The notes below the pieces were generated by a model. The model was given only the letters and a program-made list of their open reading frames with translations. It was not told the origin of the DNA and did no database searches. Below, in pieces: positions 48,945-57,767 of a DNA stretch of 64,000 nucleotides. The number at the start of each line of letters is the position of its first letter. Positions within the stretch are counted from its first letter, which is position 1. The stretch lies in NCBI RefSeq assembly GCF_001194135.2, contig NC_068993.1, forward strand, positions 53,180,271-53,244,270. Direction: 5' to 3'. The stretch is from Octopus bimaculoides. Taxonomy: Eukaryota. The position numbers and the translations under genes are program-made.

Positions 48945-50179
48945 AAAACAACATTCTCATTTTTGTTTTTCAACCAGAGCAGAAATGGCATGCCAATAGT
49001 TGTCTTAACAACTGCTTATTCAACTGAGAAGTTGGCAGCTACAGATTTGCTGTCTTGAATTTAACATGATATTTCTCCAATTGTGAGTGTAGTCATGGAG
49101 TTGCACTAACTAGCTATTTTGTCATAACTGCAATTATAAATTATTGTTTGTATTCATCATTTAAAGACCAAAATGAAAAATTCTATGTGCAATGAATAAA
49201 ACTTCTGTTAATTGTACAAAAGTTGTTGTTCGTTATTTATACACAACTAATAAACCCAACCTGGAACCGTGTAATTGAGAAGCAAACTTCTTACCACAGG
49301 GCCACACCTGCGCTTATATATCATCAACATCATCATCGTTTAACGTCCGCTTCCCTCCCTAGCATGGGTTGGACGATTTGACTGAGGACTGGCAAACCAG
49401 ATGGCTGCACCATGCTCCAGTCTGATCTGGCAGTTTCTACAGCTGGATGCCCTTCCTAATGCCAACCACTCTGAGAGTGTAGTGGGTGCTTTTACGTGCT
49501 ACCGGCACGAGGGCCGGTCAGGTGGTACTGGCAACGAATCGTCAGTAAATCATAAATTCGAAAGAGAAGCACATTCTAAATTATAGAATAGAATAACTAC
49601 GTAACGATAGTTATGGCCGGTCTATGGGGTTACCCAAGGTTTCACGTCCATAAAGGCCTTAGCTTCACAGCGTTTCTTTAGACCACTATTGCCGGTGGTC
49701 TATAACCTGTCTCAAATTATATATAAAGGGCTTCCGCACAATTTTCGTCTATCAAATCCACTCACAAAGCATTGGCTGACCCACGGCCATAGTAGAAAAA
49801 CACTTGCTCAAGGTGCCGTACATTGAGACTGAACTCGAAACTACGTGGTTGCGAACTATTTAGCCATGCTCGCGCCTATTTTGTCCGTATTTTAAATCTC
49901 TCCAAATCTCGCTATTGCCTACGTAATTCTTATTTTTCCACTTTCTTTCCTCCTATAAACAGTTTCTATGAATCATTGGTTTCAAAAACTAAATATTCGA
50001 TATATTATTCCTTAATTAATTAGCGGTGAGTAATGATTTCAGGGATATTTAGCTGCTATTTGTCGGAGGTAGAGCGACCACGTAGGAAATTTCCTTGTTA
50101 ACTCATAAGCAAGCATTACTAAATAAACGAATAAAGGGTTTCGATCCTCGCACGTATTTATATACACGCGTGCATATTT

Positions 50180-50209
50180 TATCCCATAGCAACCGTTGTC
50201 AGAGGCAAC
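50180..50209. promoter_or_regulatory. Two adjacent RFX X-box motifs in a CpG-rich region upstream of ARMC3
   Basis: TATCCCATAGCAAC (50180-50193) and GTTGTCAGAGGCAAC (50195-50209) vs consensus GTNRCC(N0-3)RGYAAC. Confidence 0.6.
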
Positions 50210-50674
50210 AACAACAATAACATTGAACGCATGTGTTTTTTTCCTAATCTGCAGAGTGGGTCAATCCCAAAGTATTGTATAATCACTGTAACATCAGACG
50301 GATAAAACAGCGCCGACTTTCAGTAGCCACATAAATCACAACATTACATAAAGTAAGAATATTATCATTAGTTTTATTTCTATTTTTCATTTATTTTTGC
50401 AGTTCATGACAGGTTTCCTTTCAACTCAGGGTTAAAAACACAACCAGTGAACTTGTTAACGTCAGGAACAGTCTATCTTTCTATCTCTGCACCCTTTCTG
50501 TTTATATGTATATGCGTTTTTGTGAGAATTTGCTTGCACATTCGGACATGTGCCTGATACATACATACATACATACATACATATGTACGGACATACATAC
50601 ATACGTACAAATAGGTATGGTGAGGTAAACAAAAACAAAATAGAACTTAAAATATGAGTACATGTATATTTTTG

Positions 50675-50770
50675 TGGCGGAGGTAAAGAATACGCACACC
50701 ACCCGTTTTCGACGTAACCCTAACCCTAAACTCCGAAAACGGATGATGTGCGTATTCTTTACCTTCACCA
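50675..50770. repeat. Hairpin: 38-bp arms (33/38 identical) around a (TAACCC)2 loop
   Basis: 50675-50712 vs reverse complement of 50733-50770. Confidence 0.85.
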
Positions 50771-50776
50771 TTTTTG

Positions 50777-50932
50777 TTAATATTTAGCAGAAGCAACAGA
50801 GTGACTCAAAGTCTGAGAGTTTCGTGCGTTAGCGCTTATCAATAATAGTGTCAACGCACTAAATTCTTATTAAGTGCCAACACACGAAACTCTCGGACCT
50901 TGAGTCACTCTGTTGCTTCTGCTAAATATTAA
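50777..50932. repeat. Hairpin: 62-bp arms (57/62 identical), 32-nt loop, TTAA at both outer ends
   Basis: 50777-50838 vs reverse complement of 50871-50932. Confidence 0.9.
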
Positions 50933-51370
50933 TAAGAATACACACACACACACACACACACGAATGTATGTATCTATCAAGCACATACCGGAGCAAATTC
51001 TCAAGGTAATACAATAAATTTACAACAAAAGCTAGTGTGATTATGAAAGACAATATATAAAAAACATTTGAACCGTTGAGTTCAATCCCACTTGACGGCA
51101 CCTTGGGCAAGTATTTTTTTCTATAGTCTTGGACTGACTAATGCCTGTATGGAAGCCCATCATACATATGTGTGTGTGTGTGTGTGTGTGTCTTTTCGTG
51201 TGTTCCCCAACCCTGCGTCTGACATCCAATATTGATTATGTCCTCGTAACTTAACGGTTTGGCAAAAGACACCAATAGAATAAGTTCCAGATTAAAAAAA
51301 TAAGTACTGGGGGAGCTTCGTTCAACTACACTCTTCCAGAGTTCAATGACTAAATCAATATATATATATA

Positions 51371-51757
51371 TTGGGGCATCCCATAAATAATGCAGTTTTT
51401 ACAATTGCATGAACTAAAAGTTGGAGGGGGATGGGATAAACTACCTGCATCAACTTGCTATAAAAGCAGGTAGTAATTTTAACTTCTGCTTATTCTTAGT
51501 GCAAGTTTTGAAGAGTGCAGTTCGATTTTAACTGTTATTTTTTTAAAGCTATAATGAAGGTTAAAAAGGAGTATATTTGGCATATTTTGCTTTATGAGTT
51601 CAATAAAGGCAACAAGTGTGAGGAATATTAATGCAGTATATGGGGGCTGGACAAGAAGCATAAGCCAGTGCCAATGGTGGTTCCAGAAATTCTGAGCTGG
51701 AAACTACAGCCTTGAAAATGAGACTCATACAGGAAAATTATTTATGGGATGACCGAA
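51371..51757 (+). mobile_element. Internally deleted mariner transposon with TIRs, TA flanks and a transposase N-terminal HTH remnant
   Basis: TIRs TTGGGGCATCCCATAAATAAT / ATTATTTATGGGATGACCGAA; 51554-51722 encodes MKVKKEYIWHILLYEFNKGN / VRNINAVYG / CQWWFQKF*AGNYSLENE with frameshifts. Confidence 0.85.
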
Positions 51758-51789
51758 TATATATATACTGCATTCTGGCACTCCATCGA

Positions 51790-52062
51790 TTATGAAGACG
51801 GGCCTTCCAATTGACTCTGTCAATAGAATAGCCTGCTCATGAAATTAATGTGTAAGTGGCTGAGCACTCCACAGACACACATACCCTTAACGTAGTTCTC
51901 GAGGAGATTTAGCATGACACAAAATGTGACCAGTTTGGTCCTTTGAAATACATTTTTGCCAGCTGAGTGGACAGGAATGAAGTGAAATAAAGTGCCTTGC
52001 CAGGAATTGAACTCATGACTTTCTGATCATGAACCAAATACCCTTAACCACTAAGCCATGTA
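51790..52062 (-). mobile_element. tRNA-derived SINE (family B)
   Basis: Head ATGGCTTAGTGGTTAAGGGTATT...GAGTTCAATTCC; related copies at about 18897-19115 (+), 39866 (+) and 58603 (+). Confidence 0.8.
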
Positions 52063-52246
52063 CCATCATACATGCACACACAGACACATGTATATAAATA
52101 CATGTGTACATACATACATATTATGTTAAATTTCTTGTTTTATTTGGTTTTTGAAAACTAATTAGATATTTTTTCAGTAATTCATACTCTCTTCTTTGCT
52201 ACATGTTTCATTTTTCAGTCAGTTTTTTTTTTTATAAATCTTCAGT

Positions 52247-52294
52247 ATGGTAAAAAAGGGAAAGAAAGAAGACAAGCTTCTAGCTGAAGATGTT
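52247..52294 (+). CDS. ARMC3: ARMC3 first coding exon: MVKKGKKEDKLLAEDV
   Basis: cttcag|tATG (acceptor 1 nt before the ATG), gtaagt donor. Confidence 0.88.
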
Positions 52295-54354
52295 GTAAGT
52301 TGATATTCATTTTTAATTTGTGCATATCACTAACTTTTAACTTTTCTATCCAACATATCTCTTTCCTAAAATCATAAATTACTTTTTTTCTATATTCATT
52401 GCTTTTTAATAATCTTACTTCCCTATGAAAATATATTTACAACTAAATTTACTTTGAACAAAATCCTTAAAGACTCATATTTTTTTCAATAAAAATTTAT
52501 TACTGTATTACAAATTCATTATTTGTGGAAGCAAGACAGCATTTGCATGGAGCTTTGGTGGTGGTGGTGGTGGGTCATTTGAACATTTTAAATCTCACCC
52601 CTTTCTGTTTACATATGTGGAGTTCAAATGGGGAAATAATTAATTTGTGACAAATTATTGTTTCAGTTTGACCCAATATTGATTGAAAGTAGGCAAGCTG
52701 GTACAGCTGTTCTGATGCTTGCCAGTTCTGAAGCTGATGTACAGGCACATGCTTGTGAAGCTATCTATAAGTTTGTTGTTAAAAGTAAGTAGTTTGTTTG
52801 TTTGTAAAGTATGTTTTTTTTTTTTTTTTTTTTGTGCGTGTGCAAGATTGAGGGGGTGATATGTAATGTTTTGTTTAGGGACCATCTTATTTTTGGGGGA
52901 GGGAGAGATCTGAGAACAGGGATCTCAGAAATATGATACATGTGTGTTACACTGAAAGAGACTGTACTGAGAACTCCATCGACCAAGGTTAGTATGGTGA
53001 AACAGACATTAAGATAGTGGTGGGTATGGTGGTGATGGTTGTGCAGATGGTGGAAGTGATGGTAATAATGGCAGTAATGGTTGATTATACCATTGGTGGT
53101 GATTATACCATTGGTGGTGATTATACCATTGGTGGTGATTATACCATTGGTGGTGATTATACCATTGGTGGTATAATGATTGTACCATTGGTGGTGATTA
53201 TACCATTGGTGNNNNNNNNNNTATACCATTGGTGGTGATTATACCATTGGTGGTGATTATACCATTGGTGGTATAATGATTGTACCATTGGTGGTGATTA
53301 TACCATTGGTGGTGATTATACCATTGGTGGTGATTATACCATTGGTGGTGGTGATGGTCTACACACACACATTGAACAAGAGGAGACGATGCAAGTTTGA
53401 GGGAATTCGAGGGAACATGACAAACTCTCTAGTACTGATGCCATGATAAAATGCACCCAGAACATTTTGTAAAGTATTTGGTGTTAGGAAGGGCAAACAT
53501 TTAGGACATATGAGCAAAATATGGTTTCCTGATCTCTCTAGTGGGGCAGTGACTTTCAGTAGAAACTAACGTAGGCTATGATGAGCCATCTATCTCATGC
53601 GAGCATGAGAAGTGGATGTAAAATCATGATGATGCCAATGATGGTGATGATTATGATGATGATGATGATAGTGATGGAAGAGGTAGTGATGGTGGTGATG
53701 GTGGTGGTCGTGGTGGCAGCTGCAGCGGCAGCAGCAGTGATGACAGTATTTGCTACCGAAAATGTTTGATTAATTCTCTAATACTCATGATGTAGTGTCA
53801 GCTTCATTTGTCTATTTCCTGATTGTTGTTAACTGTCTAATACGTATGCATTTCTTTTTCTGTTTTTCTGTTTTTAGATGATGAAAACAAAAAAACGCTG
53901 TTAGATCTGAATGCTTGTGAACCACTTTTGGAATTGATGAAAAATGAAGACAGAATTGTTCACCGAAATGCCTTGGCAGCACTGGCTACAATGTGTGCAC
54001 ATCGTATGTTTATTTGACCTTTACCGATTTATTACCATATTTCCTTTGAAAAAGACTACCTTTGTTTCAAATGATTTACCCACTGTAGACTGATTAGCAT
54101 TAAGAAGGGCATCCAACCATAAAAACAATGGCCAAAACTGACATTGGAGCTTGACATAGTCCTGTGGCTCATTGGATCCTGTCAAACTAGCAAACCCATT
54201 ATTTACATTATTTACATTGGATGGATATGTGTGCTCATCTTGTTTGTTGTTACCACAACATTTCAGCTGATTTATTCTCCAGCCTTCGTAAGGTGTCCTG
54301 GTAGAATTTTGAACCCAACGTTGGGTTCTCATTCCTAAGGTATTTTTTTGCTGA

Positions 54355-54406
<52 letters not shown>

Positions 54407-54540
54407 TATTCAAGACACTGTCTGGAATTGAACTTGGAATCTTGGGCTTGTTAGCTATTGGGCTTCTTAACCATTATGCTATCGCATGCAGGCTACTAGC
54501 CCCAAGATTCTGAGTTCAATTCCAGGCAGTGCTTTGAATA

Positions 54541-54592
<52 letters not shown>

Positions 54593-57500
54593 GCAGCAGC
54601 AGCAGCAGCAGCAGCGGCAGCAGCAGCAAGAAAATGCCTTAGGAATGAGAACCCAGGGTTGGGTTCAAAATTCTACCAGGACACCTGATGAAGGCTAGAG
54701 AGTAAATAAGCTGAAACCTTGTGTTAACAACAAACAAGATGAGGACACAGTGATGGCAAGAGGTAGTGAGAGAGAGATAGAGAGTGAGAAAGAGAGGAGA
54801 GAGAGAAGGAGAGAAAGAGAGGAGAGAGAGATTTTAAAAATATTTACAGTGGAAATGTAAAAAAATACATGATATTTTAAATTTCTGTTTCAAATTTTAA
54901 AGTGTATTCCCTTATACAGCTGATGTTCGTAAAGTATTGAGAAAAAGGAAAGACTGTGTACCAACTTTCATTTCACTTCTTCAGTCTGAAGGTAATAAAG
55001 TAGTTTCGATATATTATCATACATTTATTTTGTTGCACTGCCATAATCAGTTTTCTTTTGCCAACACTGTATCTTATAGCATATTAAAGATTGATATTTT
55101 TTTGATACTGTTTATTGAACATAACAAAACCATAACAAAGCCAGTGACTATTACACCACTATTACTCAGCAACCAAATTCCTACATGTAAGTCCCAGATA
55201 TTATATATATATATATTATATATAAGCTGGTATATATATATATATATATATATATACCAGCTTAAAAGCCGCACCCCATGGTGGTGGTGGTGGTGGTGTG
55301 TGTGTCCAACCATAGAAAATCTGCTTCAATGAAAGCATGGAGAAGTAGACATTAAAATGATGATGATGATGATGATGATGATAAGAATATTTTATTTAGA
55401 AAATAAACTAAAGTCATATTTATATCATCTTTTCATCTGCAGAAGAAACTGTTGTGTTAGAATTTGCATCTTTGGGTTTGAATTATTTATCAACGGAATA
55501 TGTGAGCAAAGTAGAAATATTGAATTCTCAAGCTTTTGAACCTTTAATACATTGTCTTAGCCATCATGATCCTGATGTCCAAAAGAATTCTATTGAGGCT
55601 ATATCCCAGTTGGTATTGGTAAGTAAAACATTATGTATAGATCCTAAATCAATAACAATGAAAGTCTATCCATCCTTGAATCATTAAGCATTATTTGTAC
55701 TTAAGTATGACTGTGAAGTTCACCTATTAAAGACCATCTGGGTGGCATCGTTGGAAAGCTAAAACTAAACAAAGTGCATTGTGACCAGTGATGTATAACA
55801 ACATCTGATAGTCTGGTTGATCACATGATCACTTAGCTACTTAAGACAACTGCACAATAAATAACTTTGTCTGTGTGCTAATCATTTTGAACAATGGGAT
55901 TGTAGATGAAATTGATGTTTGTTTCATCTGAGAGGTACAGGATTTATATATGTCATTCACATCTTTTCACTTGTTCATCAAAGTGCTTCAGGTCTATTTA
56001 GGCAGATTTAACAACAAATACATAAAGGATTGAGCTAACAATGTGTTCAATGTTATTCTTCCTTAGGACTTTAATTTGTGGTATTTACTGACCCATTTTC
56101 TCATACTTTTACTCACCTTTTTGCCCTTGTCTCAAAACGTTAAGTTGCCCCCTCAGGGTTCATAGTTTTGTGGACTATATGATGGCCTCACTAGTGCTGG
56201 TGACATGAAAATAGCACCTAGTACACACTGTAAAGTGGTTGCCATTAGGAAGGGCATCCATCTGTAAAAAACATACCAGGGCAAACACTGGAGCATAATG
56301 TAGACTTTGGGACTACCAGACCCTGTCAAACCATCCAACCCATACCAGTATGGAACTCGGACATTAAATGATGATGATGATGATGATGATGTAATATTTA
56401 ATGGTTTGAAATATTGTCTTGTAGAATTACCAATGTCAGCGAGTGATGAAGGACTTGAATGGATTTCCTCCAGTTCTTGAACTTTTGAAATCAGAATATG
56501 CTATAATACAGCGCCTAGCTCTATTGGTTTTAGAGAGATGTTCCCATGATGGTGAGTGACAGTCGGTGTTAAAATCCTTCATATTGAACTCTTTTATTCA
56601 GAAATCTGGAAAAAACAACAACAAAAAAATTTATTTTGTTATTAGTTTGGTGACCCCTGGTATAGAGAGATAGGGAGAGAGATACAGCAAGAGAGATACA
56701 GAGAGAGAGAGATACAGAGAGAGAGTTAAAATAAGTGTAGGCTTTGTGGCATGTAATGAGTGAAAAAGTGCTACACACACACATGTATACACACATGTGC
56801 ACACACATTTGTGTGTATATCCCCCCTCCATACACACACACACACCTACAGTTCAATGATCTAAACAAATAAAATAATAATAATATGCAAAATTAATCTT
56901 AAGTCCAACATTATGTTCAGTTTAATATTTCTATTCATGTGAAAGAGAGACTTGCTGGTATGAGCTTTTGTTGATAATTTTTTCAAAAGAAACTACTTAA
57001 AGAATGAAGAATGTAAAGAATGACTTGTTTTAGGAAAGATATTCTCTATGTAATTCCATAGAGATCAATTGATAACATGTCTGGTACATAAACCTGGGAG
57101 ATTAGTTAAGCAGAATTAATATAGAAAAATAGTTAGAAATGTCTAACCCTTTTGTTACCATATTGCTGTTGAAATAAGCTGCCTTTGTTTTGATTAGTTT
57201 TGAAAATAATTAAGAATTTAATGAAATAACTTCATTATTATTAAACTGGTATTTTGGAACATAAATTAACATGAAATTTTGATGAAAGATTTAAAATTTT
57301 TAATTTAGATCACTTCAAACATAAATTTTGTAACAGAACCAGGAGCAGTGGAAAAAGTATTGGCATAAAAAAAAATTCGTTCAATTTCCTAAAATTTTAC
57401 ATTTTTATTTTCCAGTTGAAAATCGTGTTATTTTGAGGGAACTGGATATTGTAAATAAGATGATATACTTAATTGGTCATCCAGATTGGCTTGACCTCCA

Positions 57501-57726
57501 CATTATGGCTGTAATGGTCTTATCAAACATGATGGAAGATATTGAAACAGTCGAAGTGAGTCATATAAAAAATATTTCAGTTTGAAACTTATTTTGTTGT
57601 GAAATCCTTACATCATTTTCCAAAAATTGCATTACTCCTACCTATATTTTACAGACAACCTCTTATCTCTCTTCTTCATATAAACATAAAATGATACAAA
57701 AATTGAATCAGAGAATGTATTCATTG

Positions 57727-57767
<41 letters not shown>

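Noticed and set aside
50714-50729. Interstitial telomere
   Set aside because: Only about 2.5 TAACCC units, lying inside a hairpin element
52765-53350. Possible CRISPR array or repeat protein (TTNGII)n
   Set aside because: Contiguous 18-bp tandem units with no unique spacers, in a eukaryotic intron: a minisatellite
54424-54523. tRNA genes (also the SINE heads at 18897, 42236-44533, 51990-52062, 62640-62703)
   Set aside because: Only A/B boxes are present, with no full cloverleaf or acceptor stem, and each is followed by a repeat body: SINE heads
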